Source: Gammaproteobacteria bacterium
Lineage (GTDB): Bacteria > Pseudomonadota > Gammaproteobacteria > Eutrophobiales > Eutrophobiaceae
DNA length: 64,000 nt
NCBI GenBank assembly: GCA_965238225.1
Contig: OZ250183.1
Span: 1,338,264-1,402,263 of the forward strand
Direction: 5' to 3'
The notes below the pieces were generated by a model. That model saw only the letters and a list, made by a program, of their open reading frames with translations. It was not told the origin of the DNA and searched no databases. Below are positions 44,056 to 55,980 of this stretch, one piece after another. The position numbers and the translations under genes were made by a program. Numbering within the stretch: the first letter of the stretch is position 1; the number at the start of each line of letters is the position of its first letter.

Positions 44056-45270
44056 TTACTTGATATAACTTACACGCCAGATTTTGCCTGCTCCATCGTC
44101 ACTGATCAAGAGTGATCCATCAGGCATTTGCAATACTGCCACAGGTCGACCCCACACTTCGACCTTGTCCTCAGCCAACATCCAGCCAGTCAAAAAATCT
44201 TCAGGCTCTGATACTGGCTTACCATCTTTAAAAGGCACGAAGACAATCTTATAACCAGTACGCTTTGATCGATTCCACGAGCCATGCAAAGCTATAAATG
44301 CACCGCCTCGATATTTTTCTGGGAATTGTGTGCCCGTGTAAAATGTAAAGTCCAGCGAACCGACATGTGCGCCCAACAAAACGCTTGGATAGAGTGTTTG
44401 CTTGACTTTGTCCGGTGCAACACCTGTATGACGAGGATCTTCATGTGGCCCAATATAAGCATACGGCCAACCATAGAATCCACCTTCTTGTACTTTGGTG
44501 AAATAATCCGGCACCAGATCATCTCCTAAACCATCCCGTTCATGAGATGTAACCCATAATGTTTTCCCAGAAAAGCTATTTGAACTGGCATTTTTCGTAT
44601 CTGGATACCATTGCAGTCCAATGGGATTTCGAATACCGGTGGCAACCAGTTCAAAACCTGTTCCATCTGGATTAAAGCGACTCACTGCTGCTCGAATCGG
44701 AGGCTCGTCTCGATCAACATTCGAACCTGAACCCACGGTAAGATAGAGTTTTTGAGCAGTCTCATCAAACAGGATAGAGCGTGTATTATGTCCACTAACA
44801 TAACGATGTAAAGAGATCACTTCTTCGCCTTTTCTTACGCTTCCCTGTTTTAACGGGTATTTGTAACGCTTCACCGAACTGGTCTCAGCGACATATAACC
44901 AATCTTTATAGAATGCCATACCATAAGGACGATGTAAGTGTGTAATTAATGGCAACGCCTTTCTATCGCGTATGACATGGACAATCCCCGCCGACATATC
45001 TGAGAGCAGAATTTCATTATCAGAGCCAAGCAACATGAATCTAGGTCTCAAGAAACCAGATAAATATTCTTCGACAACAAAGCCTCGCGGCACTAAAAGA
45101 GACGCTTTTTTCGGTTGCGATATCAATTTGGGTGGATTGATTGCAGATTTGGTATGATAAGGTTCTGGGAGGCCTTGCCAATTTACAGGCAATTCAGAGT
45201 GCATATCAGCAACACTGAGACGAGTCAAAATCAGTAGAAGAAAGAAGCAAATGATTATTTTCAATTTCAT
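44056..45270 (-). CDS. Secreted beta-propeller sugar dehydrogenase-like protein (PQQ-dependent glucose/sorbosone dehydrogenase family)
   Basis: 404 aa with a signal peptide and repeated propeller blades. Overlaps the uvrA stop by 4 nt (ATGA). Confidence 0.55.
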   Translation of the reverse strand: MKLKIIICFFLLLILTRLSVADMHSELPVNWQGLPEPYHTKSAINPPKLISQPKKASLLVPRGFVVEEYLSGFLRPRFMLLGSDNEILLSDMSAGIVHVIRDRKALPLITHLHRPYGMAFYKDWLYVAETSSVKRYKYPLKQGSVRKGEEVISLHRYVSGHNTRSILFDETAQKLYLTVGSGSNVDRDEPPIRAAVSRFNPDGTGFELVATGIRNPIGLQWYPDTKNASSNSFSGKTLWVTSHERDGLGDDLVPDYFTKVQEGGFYGWPYAYIGPHEDPRHTGVAPDKVKQTLYPSVLLGAHVGSLDFTFYTGTQFPEKYRGGAFIALHGSWNRSKRTGYKIVFVPFKDGKPVSEPEDFLTGWMLAEDKVEVWGRPVAVLQMPDGSLLISDDGAGKIWRVSYIK

Positions 45271-48248
45271 GATGTCAGTACTATATCTTTTCCGGCTATT
45301 TTGCTTTTGCTTGTTTTTTTCTTACTTGTCTTTTTTTTATTCTTCGATGTTTTTCTATTTCGTTTCTTTACCAAATTAACACACGCCTTATCATTTCGTT
45401 CAAACAAGGGTTTTAAATAATGTCCAGTATATGATCTTTTGTTAACTGCAACTTCTACAGGCGATCCTACAGCAACAATCTCGCCACCACCATCACCACC
45501 TTCCGGGCCTAAGTCAATGATCCAGTCAGCTGTCTTTATCACATCCAGATTGTGTTCAATCACCACCACGGTATTCCCATGCTCACGAAGCCGATACAAT
45601 ACCTGCAATAATTGTTCAATATCATGAAAATGTAAACCAGTAGTTGGTTCATCCAGTATATACAAAGTCTGACCTGTATCTCTTTTTGATAATTCGCGAG
45701 AGAGTTTAATTCGTTGTGCCTCACCGCCAGATAATGTCGTCGCGTTCTGCCCTAATTTAATGTAGGCAAGTCCTACATCGATAAGCGTCTGCAATTTACG
45801 CGCAATCACTGGAACTGGATCAAAAAATACTCTGGCCTCCTCAACCGTCATATCCAATGTTTGGCGAATATTTTTACCTTTATACAGAACATCCAGCGTT
45901 TCTCTATTATAGCGTTGGCCTTGACATATATCACAAGCCACGTAGATATCTGGTAGAAAATGCATTCCCACTTTAATAACGCCATCGCCTTGACAGGCTT
46001 CACAACGTCCACCTTTAACATTAAAGCTGAAGCGCCCCGGCTTATAACCGCGCGAGCGTGCTTCATGAGTGGCAGAAAATAATTCCCGAATAGGAGTAAA
46101 AAGTCCTGTATAAGTTGCTGGATTTGAACGCGGCGTTCTTCCTATTGAACTTTGATTGATATCGACAACCTTATCAAGCCAATCAAGACCCGTGACAGAT
46201 TTGAATGGCGCTGGTTCAAGGCTGGATCCATTAATCTCACGTGCAACAATCTTATACAAGGTTTCGTTAATTAAGGTTGATTTTCCTGAGCCTGAAACAC
46301 CAGTGACACAAGTCATTAAACCAATGGGTAATTCGATGTTTACATCTTTTAAGTTGTTTCCAGTCGCACCTTTTAACTTAAGCACTTTGGCATTGTCAAA
46401 CGGCGTTGTTTGTGCAGGAATATTAATTTGTCTTGTTCTTGACAAAAACTGTCCAGTCACTGATTGCTTGCTTTTGATGATATCCTTGGGTAAACCTTGC
46501 GCTATAACATTGCCGCCATGTGCTCCAGCACCAATACCTATATCAATAACGTGATCTGCTGCAAGAATCGCTTCTTCATCATGCTCAACAACGATTATAG
46601 TATTACCCATGTCTCTTAGGTGTTCTAAAGTTGTCAGCAAGCGTCGATTATCACGCTGATGTAAGCCAATAGAAGGTTCGTCCAATACATACATAACACC
46701 GACCAGACCTGCGCCAATCTGGCTCGCCAAGCGAATACGTTGCGCCTCTCCTCCTGATAAAGTTTCAGCGCTGCGATTCAAAGTTAAATAATCCAAGCCG
46801 ACATTAACCAAAAATTGCAAACGAGCAATTACTTCTTTTAAAATCTTGCCAGCAATCTCAGCACGGTGACCTTCCATCTTTAATTCTAAAAAAAACTTTC
46901 TTGCAACATCAACTGGCATTGCAGTGATATCAGGCAGGATGCAATCATTAACAAAGACATGGCGTGCGGCTACATTTAATCGAGTGCCATGACACGCTGG
47001 GCATGATCGGCTATTCATATATTTGGCTAGCTGTTCACGTACCATGCCTGATTCAGTTTCATGATAACGACGACGCATGTTTGGGATCACCCCTTCAAAG
47101 ACATGCCTTTTCTTAATTACACCTTGCCTATCATTTAAATATTTGAAATTAATTTCTTCATCACCGCTGCCGTAGAGAATAATATCTTGAATTTCATCTG
47201 CAAGATCGCAAAAAGGTGTATCTATATGAAATTTATAGTGGCTGGCTAAAGATTTAATTAATTGAAAATAATAGGCATTGCGTCTATCCCAACCGCGAAT
47301 TGCACCACCAGGTAAAGTTAGTTGTTTATGCTGAACAACACGGGCAGGATCAAAAAATTGTTCAACACCAAGACCATCACAACCAGTACAGGCTCCGGCG
47401 GGATTGTTAAATGAGAATATGCGAGGCTCCAGCTCATTTAGACTATATCCGCATTGACGACAGGCAAAGCGAGAAGAAAAAATCATCTCCTCTGCGAGCG
47501 TTATTTTTGCTTTATGCTCCTGCCTGTTTGAATCTGGCATAGGCACAACCATGGCAACACCATCCGAAAGACGGATAGCCGTTTCAAATGATTCTGACAA
47601 GCGCAGTTTTAGATCAGAATGTACTTTAAAACGATCAATCACAGCTTCGATATCGTGTTTCTTGTGTAAATCCAGTTCCGGCACGTCGTCCAATTCTCTC
47701 ACAATGCCATTGATACGTGCACGCACAAAACCCTCGCTGCGCAAACGATCAATTAATTGCAAATGTTCTCCCTTACGTCCTTGCACTACAGGCGCGAGCA
47801 ACATGAAACGTCTGCCTTCTGGCTCTTCTAATACATGATCCACCATCTGGCTGATGGTCTGTGCTGCTAAGGGGATATTATGTTTTGGGCAACGCGGCTC
47901 ACCGACTCTGGCAAACAACAATCTAAGATAGTCATAAATCTCTGTAATGGTGCCCACGGTAGAACGCGGATTATACAATGTTGATTTTTGTTCAATAGAA
48001 ATAGCAGGTGACAGACCTTCAATTAAATCAACATCCGGTTTTTCCATAATAGACAGAAACTGTCTGGCATAGGTAGAAAGTGACTCGACATAACGACGCT
48101 GACCTTCGGCATAAATCGTATCAAATGCCAGAGAAGATTTGCCCGAACCTGACAAACCTGTGATAACAATCAGCTTGTCACGAGGGATATCAAGATCAAC
48201 ATTCTTCAGGTTATGCGTACGTACACCGCGTAATCGGATTGTGTCCAT
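45267..48248 (-). CDS. uvrA: Excinuclease ABC subunit A, with a ~45-aa Lys-rich C-terminal extension
   Basis: 993 aa with two ABC modules and zinc fingers. The tail is …[33 protein letters not shown]. Confidence 0.95.
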   Translation of the reverse strand: MDTIRLRGVRTHNLKNVDLDIPRDKLIVITGLSGSGKSSLAFDTIYAEGQRRYVESLSTYARQFLSIMEKPDVDLIEGLSPAISIEQKSTLYNPRSTVGTITEIYDYLRLLFARVGEPRCPKHNIPLAAQTISQMVDHVLEEPEGRRFMLLAPVVQGRKGEHLQLIDRLRSEGFVRARINGIVRELDDVPELDLHKKHDIEAVIDRFKVHSDLKLRLSESFETAIRLSDGVAMVVPMPDSNRQEHKAKITLAEEMIFSSRFACRQCGYSLNELEPRIFSFNNPAGACTGCDGLGVEQFFDPARVVQHKQLTLPGGAIRGWDRRNAYYFQLIKSLASHYKFHIDTPFCDLADEIQDIILYGSGDEEINFKYLNDRQGVIKKRHVFEGVIPNMRRRYHETESGMVREQLAKYMNSRSCPACHGTRLNVAARHVFVNDCILPDITAMPVDVARKFFLELKMEGHRAEIAGKILKEVIARLQFLVNVGLDYLTLNRSAETLSGGEAQRIRLASQIGAGLVGVMYVLDEPSIGLHQRDNRRLLTTLEHLRDMGNTIIVVEHDEEAILAADHVIDIGIGAGAHGGNVIAQGLPKDIIKSKQSVTGQFLSRTRQINIPAQTTPFDNAKVLKLKGATGNNLKDVNIELPIGLMTCVTGVSGSGKSTLINETLYKIVAREINGSSLEPAPFKSVTGLDWLDKVVDINQSSIGRTPRSNPATYTGLFTPIRELFSATHEARSRGYKPGRFSFNVKGGRCEACQGDGVIKVGMHFLPDIYVACDICQGQRYNRETLDVLYKGKNIRQTLDMTVEEARVFFDPVPVIARKLQTLIDVGLAYIKLGQNATTLSGGEAQRIKLSRELSKRDTGQTLYILDEPTTGLHFHDIEQLLQVLYRLREHGNTVVVIEHNLDVIKTADWIIDLGPEGGDGGGEIVAVGSPVEVAVNKRSYTGHYLKPLFERNDKACVNLVKKRNRKTSKNKKKTSKKKTSKSKIAGKDIVLTS

Positions 48249-48370
48249 GAATGCGTTTTGTCTTCACTGGTATAAACCTCTAAGTATATAACATTGTTTA
48301 AAGAAGTCGTTACTGGCAATATGTGCTTTTTTTTAAACGCTTGGACTAGATTAAAAGACATAATTAAGGC

Positions 48371-49594
48371 ATGCAACCTAATGAAAAAATGACAGCGATA
48401 GAACTTAAGGGAAGCTTAAGTCTGGCGTCTGTCTTGTTCTTTAGAATGCTGGGGCTGTTTCTGATATTGCCAGTTTTTACCCTCTATGCCAGAACCCTGG
48501 CTGAGGCAACACCTATATTAATAGGGCTTGCCTTTGGCATATACGGGCTCACTCAAGCATCTCTACAAATCCCCTTTGGTATGTTGTCAGATAAGCTTGG
48601 CAGAAAACCTATTATCTTTGCTGGCCTATTAATATTCGCAACAGGTAGTCTGATTGCAAGTTGTGCTGATTCCATCTGGGTAATGATCATAGGGCGTGCA
48701 TTACAAGGTGCAGGTGCAATTTCTGCCGCACTCATGGCCTTGGCTGCAGACATCACCCGTGAACAACAAAGAATCAAAGCTATGACCTTGATTGGTATCA
48801 GTATTGGTTTTGCATTTTCACTGGCATTTATTGCTGGCCCATTACTGAGTGCGTCGATTGGTGTTTCCGGGATATTTATGCTTAGTGCAATCTTTTCTGT
48901 GTTAGCTATCATCGTGCTTTACTGCCTAGTGCCTACACCGAAATCTTCTTCTTTCCACGCTGACACAGAAGTCTCTTTAAAAATGTTGAGAAATATATTA
49001 AGGGATCGAAATCTTCTTAGATTAAATATTGGCATCTTTATCCTGCATACCGTGTTGATGGCTAATTTTATTGTGATACCTATAGCCATGCAAGATTACG
49101 CGGGGCTTACATCAGTGCAACATTGGAAGATATATCTGCCTGTATTACTCGCATCTCTTGTGTTTATGGCACCGGCGATTATGCTGGGAGCGCGCAAAAA
49201 AGAATTGCTGGAACTAAGCCATAATAATCACGATATTGGCATTTATTTCAAGGCAGCCGTGCTCATGCTTGCAGCCTCACAAATAGGTTACTTTTTCTGT
49301 CATAATACATTAATAACATTAGCGTTTATGCTGCTTATGTTTTTCACAGCTTTCAACTATCTGGAGGCATCATTGCCTTCACTGATTTCAATAATGTCAT
49401 CAAAAAACAGCAAAGGCACAGCGCTTGGAGTCTATGCTTCATCTCAGTTCATGGGAACATTTACGGGCGGGCTAATTGGTGGCATGATCCATGAATATTT
49501 TGGACTATCTGCGGTATTCATTTTTGGGGCTGCCTTGGCATTGATTTGGTTTTTGCTGGTCTTGCTGCCAGCAAATGAATCCACAAGAAATTGA
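48371..49594 (+). CDS. MFS transporter
   Basis: 407 aa with 12 predicted TM segments and an MFS motif (GMLSDKLGRKP). Confidence 0.7.
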   Translation: MQPNEKMTAIELKGSLSLASVLFFRMLGLFLILPVFTLYARTLAEATPILIGLAFGIYGLTQASLQIPFGMLSDKLGRKPIIFAGLLIFATGSLIASCADSIWVMIIGRALQGAGAISAALMALAADITREQQRIKAMTLIGISIGFAFSLAFIAGPLLSASIGVSGIFMLSAIFSVLAIIVLYCLVPTPKSSSFHADTEVSLKMLRNILRDRNLLRLNIGIFILHTVLMANFIVIPIAMQDYAGLTSVQHWKIYLPVLLASLVFMAPAIMLGARKKELLELSHNNHDIGIYFKAAVLMLAASQIGYFFCHNTLITLAFMLLMFFTAFNYLEASLPSLISIMSSKNSKGTALGVYASSQFMGTFTGGLIGGMIHEYFGLSAVFIFGAALALIWFLLVLLPANESTRN

Positions 49595-49635
49595 CCCAAA
49601 ACAAGCAATAATAAAAATTTAAGAGGAAATAAAAA

Positions 49636-50097
49636 ATGGCCAGAGGCGTAAACAAAGCAATTATTTTAGGATCACTGGGACAGGATCCTGACATCAGATA
49701 CACTGCTGCCGGCGCGACCGTTGCAAATATAAGTATCGCAACGAACGAACAATGGAAAGACAAAGAATCTGGGGAAATGCAAGAACGTACTGAGTGGCAT
49801 CGTGTTGTTTTTTTCGGTCGTCTGGCTGAAATCGTTGGCGAATATTTGCGCAGGGGTTCTCAGGTTTATGTTGAAGGTCGAATACAGACCAGAAAATGGC
49901 AGGACAAAGAAGGGCATGACCGCTATACCACAGAAATTGTCGCCAGCGAGATGCAAATGCTGGGCAGTAAAAGTGGTGGGTCAACTGAGAGTTTTGACCA
50001 AACACCCAAGGCAGAGCAATCAACATCGACAACATCAAGCCCTACGGACTCAAGCAATCAATCGAATAATGATTTTGATGATGATATTCCGTTTTAG
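49636..50097 (+). CDS. ssb: Single-stranded DNA-binding protein
   Basis: 153 aa: [18 protein letters not shown]… OB fold, flexible Gly/Ser/Gln tail, and C-terminal DDDIPF. Confidence 0.9.
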   Translation: MARGVNKAIILGSLGQDPDIRYTAAGATVANISIATNEQWKDKESGEMQERTEWHRVVFFGRLAEIVGEYLRRGSQVYVEGRIQTRKWQDKEGHDRYTTEIVASEMQMLGSKSGGSTESFDQTPKAEQSTSTTSSPTDSSNQSNNDFDDDIPF

Positions 50098-50174
50098 AAC
50101 CCACTTTACAATAACCATACCTGTCGAGAGTATCCGCGAAACCAGATAGCTTACATAGTGCCAAGACTGTGCGG

Positions 50175-51491
50175 TTAATTAAAACCTATGTATTTGATAA
50201 ATTGATTGATAAATTCTGGTTCTTGTGTGGCAACAATCACCATAATGATAATATTGAACACAGCGATAATAAAAAAGATATGTGGAATATCTGCGCCTGC
50301 TTTAGTGAGCAAAATGATTGATATTGCGGAAACCACCATAAATAATGCATTAATAATATTATTTGCTGCGATGATTCTGGAACGATGACGAGGATTACTT
50401 TTTTGCTGCATTGTGGCATACAGAGGAACTATATATAAGCCTCCAGATAAACCAATCATGCCGAAGTCGATCAACACGTGCCAGTGACTTAAATATTGTA
50501 GAAACATACTGGCGCTTAATAACTCACCTTCTGTCAGTCTTATATCCGGCAATGAAATAAAAGACAGATCAATTGCAAAAAGTGTTAGCCCTATAGCGCC
50601 TATCGGCACTAACCCCAGATTGATATGTTTGTATGATAATTTTTCACACAGTAATGAGCCTGCGCCTACGCCAATTGAAAATGCAGTAAGTATGATTGTC
50701 GCTATTTTTTCATCAGCGTTTAAAATATCTGGCGTATAGGTAAATATTAAAGATAAAAAAGTAGCGCCGTAGAACCAGAACCACGAAATACTAATTACTG
50801 CCCAAAAAACAATTCGGTTTTCTCTGGAAAATTTAATAATTTTGATAGTCTCTGAAAAAAAATTCCAGTTGATGCGAAGTGATGGATCGGGTGCAAGTGC
50901 TTTAGGTATAAAAAAGCTGGCAACCCAACCCGCCGCCGCAAGCAAGATAATCAAGGCAGAAACATAAAGACCCCCATTAGGATTCATTATGATAAGAACG
51001 CCACCAATAACCGTCCCCGATAATATAGCCAGATATGTGCCCATCTGAATCATACCATTGCCACCAATCATCTCATCCTCTGATAAAAGTTGCGGGAGAA
51101 TGCTGTATTTTAAAGGGCCAAATAATGCTGACTGCATCCCCATAAAAAATAAAACTGTTAGTAGTATAGGGACACTCATAAAATAAAATCCCAGACTTGC
51201 CACGCACATAATTATAATCTCGATGAACTTGATTCGACGGATTAACATAGATTTTTCAAATTTGTCGGCCAATTGACCGGCTGTGGCAGAAAAAAGAAAG
51301 AAAGGCAATATGAATATACCTGACGCAATAGTCACTAAAATAGTACCGTTGGCTCCTATCTGTTTGGCAAGAGAGAATGCTATTAAAATGGCGATTGCAT
51401 TTTTAAAAACATTATCATTAAGCGCACCTAGAAACTGAGTGCTGAATATAGGTAAAAATCGATTGTATTTTAATAAGCTAAACTGGTTCAT
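50175..51491 (-). CDS. MFS transporter, LplT-like (lysophospholipid transporter family)
   Basis: 438 aa; N-terminus FSTQFLGALNDNVFKNAI resembles LplT. Confidence 0.6.
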   Translation of the reverse strand: MNQFSLLKYNRFLPIFSTQFLGALNDNVFKNAIAILIAFSLAKQIGANGTILVTIASGIFILPFFLFSATAGQLADKFEKSMLIRRIKFIEIIIMCVASLGFYFMSVPILLTVLFFMGMQSALFGPLKYSILPQLLSEDEMIGGNGMIQMGTYLAILSGTVIGGVLIIMNPNGGLYVSALIILLAAAGWVASFFIPKALAPDPSLRINWNFFSETIKIIKFSRENRIVFWAVISISWFWFYGATFLSLIFTYTPDILNADEKIATIILTAFSIGVGAGSLLCEKLSYKHINLGLVPIGAIGLTLFAIDLSFISLPDIRLTEGELLSASMFLQYLSHWHVLIDFGMIGLSGGLYIVPLYATMQQKSNPRHRSRIIAANNIINALFMVVSAISIILLTKAGADIPHIFFIIAVFNIIIMVIVATQEPEFINQFIKYIGFN

Positions 51492-51709
51492 AATCAGATC
51501 AATTAGATTGAATTCCTGTTAATTTATTCGACAATATATGCTACCGATTCACAATCATATTATCAAATAATTGACCACAAGCTAATTCCGCTTTTCTTCA
51601 TATAGTTTAATTCCCCATTCTTGTTGCGGGGATTTTTATTGGTTTACTTTGGGGTAATATGTAAAATCATACTGACAGAAGAACTCGATAGAGAGAAATA
51701 GAACACAAC

Positions 51710-53161
51710 ATGAGTATTATCACAGACATAAAATTATTAAAAAACAGGCGTACGAAGATTATTGCCACACTAGGGCCAGCCTCAAATTCAGCAGATATCA
51801 TCAAGCAATTAATCAAAGCCGGTGCCAATATCTTTCGTCTGAATATGTCTCATGGTGACCATGCTAGCCATGCGAATACTTATAAACTCGTGCGTAATAT
51901 TGCCGAAGACTTGGGCAAACCTATTGCTGTACTGGCAGATCTATGTGGTCCAAAGATTCGTGTAGGAAGGTTTAAGGGTGGGCAAATTACATTGCTTAAT
52001 GGGCAGTCTGTGACTATCACGACGCGTAATGTTGAAGGAGATCAAGATCTGATTCCTTCTCAATATAAAGCGCTGGCAAATGATGTTACATCTGGGGATC
52101 GTATCTTACTTAACGATGGCAATCTTGAACTTCAAGTTGAAGATATTCATGGCACTGAAATTTCTTGTAAGATTATCCATGGAGGAGTTCTGAAGGACAA
52201 CAAAGGTATTAACCTTCCTAATGTTCATGTATCAGCAACCTCTCTTACAAACAAAGATCGTGATGATGCACAATTTGTTTTAAATCTCGGAGTAGATTTC
52301 CTAGCATTATCTTTTGTCCGCTGTGCTAAGGATATTGATGATTTGAGATCGATTGTTAGCAAGGCAGGTGCAAATACAAGTATTATTGCTAAGATCGAGA
52401 AATCAGAAGCACTGGAAAATATAGATGCTATCCTCGATGCTGCTGATGGCATTATGGTAGCGCGTGGTGATTTGGGGGTTGAACTTAAACCTGAACAAGT
52501 TCCAGTTACCCAAAGTCAGCTGATTGGTCATGCTCGACAAAAATTTAAATCCGTCATCGTTGCCACTCAGATGTTGGAATCCATGATTGAAAACGCCAGA
52601 CCAACTCGCGCCGAGGTAACAGATATCTCTTATGCTGCAACTTTAGGCACTGATGCTGTCATGTTATCTGCTGAATCTGCTGTCGGCAATTTTCCTGTCG
52701 AATCAGTGGAAATGATGGATCGGATACTACGTCAAACCGAGACTCATCTGTGGCAAAACGGCGAATATAACTCTAACCTTGCTGTCGCAAACACATTCCC
52801 TCTGCCCGTATGGGAAGCCATGGCAAATGCAAACAATGGCCTAGCAAGAGACTTGATGGTACGTGCCGTTATTGTAATTTCACAAGGAGGTATGTCAGCA
52901 ATCACCATGAGTGCCGCAAGGCCTGCAGCACCTGTGGTTGCTATATCAAATAAACTTGGCACCTGTAGAAAAATGGCGATGATGTGGGGTATTATTCCGA
53001 TGCTGGTGGAGGAAGACAAGATGGGCAACCATTACGAACTGACAAAAACGATTGTCAAAAAATTAAATTTGGCGCGATCAGGAGATACCACGTTATTGGT
53101 AAAAGGATTCCATCAGGATCCAAAATTGAATTACCCTTCTGTAACGGTCGTTACCATCTAG
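51710..53161 (+). CDS. pyk: Pyruvate kinase
   Basis: 483 aa: …RRTKIIATLGPAS…, barrel, and C-terminal domain. Confidence 0.9.
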   Translation: MSIITDIKLLKNRRTKIIATLGPASNSADIIKQLIKAGANIFRLNMSHGDHASHANTYKLVRNIAEDLGKPIAVLADLCGPKIRVGRFKGGQITLLNGQSVTITTRNVEGDQDLIPSQYKALANDVTSGDRILLNDGNLELQVEDIHGTEISCKIIHGGVLKDNKGINLPNVHVSATSLTNKDRDDAQFVLNLGVDFLALSFVRCAKDIDDLRSIVSKAGANTSIIAKIEKSEALENIDAILDAADGIMVARGDLGVELKPEQVPVTQSQLIGHARQKFKSVIVATQMLESMIENARPTRAEVTDISYAATLGTDAVMLSAESAVGNFPVESVEMMDRILRQTETHLWQNGEYNSNLAVANTFPLPVWEAMANANNGLARDLMVRAVIVISQGGMSAITMSAARPAAPVVAISNKLGTCRKMAMMWGIIPMLVEEDKMGNHYELTKTIVKKLNLARSGDTTLLVKGFHQDPKLNYPSVTVVTI

Positions 53162-53670
53162 TAACGATATTTATAGACAGGCTCGGCATCATCTGTAGCT
53201 GCCTGATATTTTACAGAAATCTCATTAAACGCATTCAGTGCGTCTTGTGCATCTTTATCTTTTCTTAATTGAAAAGAATTAATGCCACAGCGTTGCATAA
53301 AGAAAAGCTGATCACGCAAAACATCACCGACCGCACGTAATTCTAATTGATAGTGATACCTATCACGCAACAAACGTGCATGCGAGTAACAACGTCCATC
53401 AGTAAAGACAGGAAAATCCAGCGCAATCAAATCAAAATTCTCAATATCTTTTGCTACTGCGTGAATATCATCATCGCCATTGATACAAACTCCTAACATT
53501 CCTTCTCTGTTTGGTAAAACTTCCTTATTATTCAGCCAATAAGAGAAAGGCACGATAATATCGCCTGCGGGTAAACTTTCGCCTGATGTTATTTCAACAA
53601 GACGTTGCCAACTATCTTCAACAATTTTTTTATCTTTAATTAATTGCATTGTACAGATGCCTATCTTCAA
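53158..53670 (-). CDS. DUF934-family protein (sulfite-reductase-associated)
   Basis: 170 aa; 4-nt overlap with the cysI-like gene upstream. Confidence 0.7.
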   Translation of the reverse strand: MKIGICTMQLIKDKKIVEDSWQRLVEITSGESLPAGDIIVPFSYWLNNKEVLPNREGMLGVCINGDDDIHAVAKDIENFDLIALDFPVFTDGRCYSHARLLRDRYHYQLELRAVGDVLRDQLFFMQRCGINSFQLRKDKDAQDALNAFNEISVKYQAATDDAEPVYKYRY

Positions 53671-55349
53671 TGAGGGATAGCAATCTTGTCTGAAGATTGC
53701 TCTGGATAAACTCTTTGCTTGTATGGTGCAATGCCAACTCGGCGATAAGTATCAAGAAAAGACTCTTTTTCTATGCGATGTTCAACGTAGACATCAAGTA
53801 ATTGACCTATAGTATCAGCCACCTTCTCTTTCTCGATGGCAGGGCCAAGACGATCACCCAAAACCGCATCATTTTCTGCCGAGCCTCCAAGTGTTAATTG
53901 ATAAAATTCAACCCCTTTTTTATCTACGCCAAGTATACCGATATGACCAACGTGGTGATGGCCACAAGCATTCATACAACCTGACATTTTTATCTTGATA
54001 TCACCAATGTCATGCAGGTAATCCATATCATTAAATTTTTCGTTAATCTGCTTTGCGATGGGGATAGAGCCGGCATTTGCAAGTGAACAAAAATCCAGCC
54101 CAGGACAACAAATCATATCGGTCAATAATCCAATATTGGGCGTTGCTAAACCCTGCGCAACCAAACCTTCCCATAAAGAAAATAAATCAGCCTGCTTGAC
54201 ATGCGGCATAATAAAATTTTGGTCATGGGTGGTGACTATCTCAGAAAAGCTATATTTGTCTATTAAGTCGGCAAGATGATCCATCTGCACATCGGTAACA
54301 TCTCCAGGGGCAATTGCTGGTGCCTTGAGCGACACCACAACCGCACGATAACCATCTGCTCTGTGCGACACAACATTTCGCTCAATCCATACAGAGAATG
54401 CCGAGTTGTTGGCTTTATGTACGGCAAAACTCGTGTCAGCGCCTGCATCTTTTTCATAATCTGGTGCTGAAAATTGTGTGCGAACACGATCGATTTCTTT
54501 TTGATCTAACAGCAATACAGAATCTTTGATATGTAGCCATTCTTCTTCTACCATTTGGGAGAATTTTTCAATACCTGTTGCATTCACCAAAATCTTTATT
54601 CTGGCTTTGTATTTGTTGTCGCGCCTACCAAAGCGATTATAAATACGCAGGATAGCTTCCATATAAGACAGCATATGTTTCTTTTCAAGAAATTCACGAA
54701 TAACTTTCCCGATGACTGGTGTGCGACCAAGACCGCCGCCGACGAGTACCTTGAAACCAACATCACCAACATCATTACGCACTAGATACAAACCAATATC
54801 ATGTACCTGCACCGCAGCCCTGTCATGTATTGCACCTGATACAGCAAACTTGAATTTACGAGGCAGGTAAGAAAATTCAGGATGAAAAGTTGACCACTGA
54901 CGCAGTATTTCACAATAGGGTCTGGGATCTTCCACCTCGTCTTTGGCAACGCCTGCAAACTGATCGGAAGTAATATTACGGATACAATTACCACTGGATT
55001 GAATAGCATGCATTTGCACACTGGCGAGGTCGGCTAGAATATCAGGGACAGTCTCTAACTTCGGCCAGTTGTATTGTATGTTTTGTCGTGTACTGATATG
55101 ACCATAATTCTTGTCGTACTTACGAGAGATATGAGCAAGCATGCGTAGTTGTCTGGAAGATAATAATCCATAAGGAATATCCACACGTAACATTGGCGCA
55201 TGTGTCTGGATATATAAACCATTCATCAATCGCAATGGTCTAAATTCATCCTCCGACAATTCACCCGCAAGATAACGTCGAGTTTGATCTCGATATTGTT
55301 CTACGCGTTCATCTACTATCTTCTGATCGTAATTATCATACTGATACAT
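53667..55349 (-). CDS. cysI: Assimilatory sulfite reductase hemoprotein (nitrite/sulfite reductase family, siroheme/4Fe-4S)
   Basis: 560 aa with two NIR_SIR ferredoxin-like half-domains and a Cys cluster (…CPGLDFC…SGCMNACGHH…). Confidence 0.8.
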   Translation of the reverse strand: MYQYDNYDQKIVDERVEQYRDQTRRYLAGELSEDEFRPLRLMNGLYIQTHAPMLRVDIPYGLLSSRQLRMLAHISRKYDKNYGHISTRQNIQYNWPKLETVPDILADLASVQMHAIQSSGNCIRNITSDQFAGVAKDEVEDPRPYCEILRQWSTFHPEFSYLPRKFKFAVSGAIHDRAAVQVHDIGLYLVRNDVGDVGFKVLVGGGLGRTPVIGKVIREFLEKKHMLSYMEAILRIYNRFGRRDNKYKARIKILVNATGIEKFSQMVEEEWLHIKDSVLLLDQKEIDRVRTQFSAPDYEKDAGADTSFAVHKANNSAFSVWIERNVVSHRADGYRAVVVSLKAPAIAPGDVTDVQMDHLADLIDKYSFSEIVTTHDQNFIMPHVKQADLFSLWEGLVAQGLATPNIGLLTDMICCPGLDFCSLANAGSIPIAKQINEKFNDMDYLHDIGDIKIKMSGCMNACGHHHVGHIGILGVDKKGVEFYQLTLGGSAENDAVLGDRLGPAIEKEKVADTIGQLLDVYVEHRIEKESFLDTYRRVGIAPYKQRVYPEQSSDKIAIPH

Positions 55350-55545
55350 CTTTTTTCGCCATATAAGTAGCTAATTAACTTAATATATTTTGCTCTAACG
55401 TCGAGGAAAATAGCAATAACTTCTTATACTTAAAAGGAATTAATTTAACTAAAGTTATACTATTTAGTTATTAACTTGACTCTGAAAAATGAATTGCTAT
55501 GCGCTGGCGTGGCTATAGAAAAAGCCATAAATGCAGGGGAATATT

Positions 55546-55788
55546 TTATGGGTATCGTGCAAGGAGCGTTCGTCCTTTGCGCGTAATGTAACCTTCAGCG
55601 TCAATAAATCCACCATTTTTAGCAATGGATAAAAGTTGCACAGGCTTTGTTTTAGAAAGATACACCATACCATCGCCATAGTGGCACTTTAAAAACTCAG
55701 CGACCTGCTGCTCTTCTATTTTCAACCCATCTAAGGATACAACGGTACTCAAATCGGTACTCAAATCGGTGTTCAAATCGGTGTTCAA
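55546..55788 (-). CDS. Hypothetical 80-aa protein with an N-terminal (TDL[NS])n repeat; TTG start with GGAGG 7 nt upstream
   Basis: MNTDLNTDLSTDLSTVVSLDGLKIEEQQ… Repeat encoded by 12-bp tandem units. Confidence 0.4.
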   Translation of the reverse strand: MNTDLNTDLSTDLSTVVSLDGLKIEEQQVAEFLKCHYGDGMVYLSKTKPVQLLSIAKNGGFIDAEGYITRKGRTLLARYP

Positions 55789-55796
55789 ATCAAATC
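55744..55796. repeat. Tandem 12-bp repeat ggt(a/g)(c/t)tcaaatc x4.4 at the 5' end of the small ORF
   Basis: ggtactcaaatc ggtactcaaatc ggtgttcaaatc ggtgttcaaatc aaatc; the period is a multiple of 3. Confidence 0.85.
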
Positions 55797-55980
55797 CTCC
55801 AAAAAAATAATTTACTGTTCTTTTTATTGCTCTTTACACCCAATACTTTGACTTAAGAATTCGTAAATAATGAGCCAACAAGTCTTACATATCATAAACC
55901 ACCTAAACCAACCTCAAGTTATATACATTATCTAAAAACTATGTCAAGTATTTATTGTAATTAATTGATTAATCTATATT

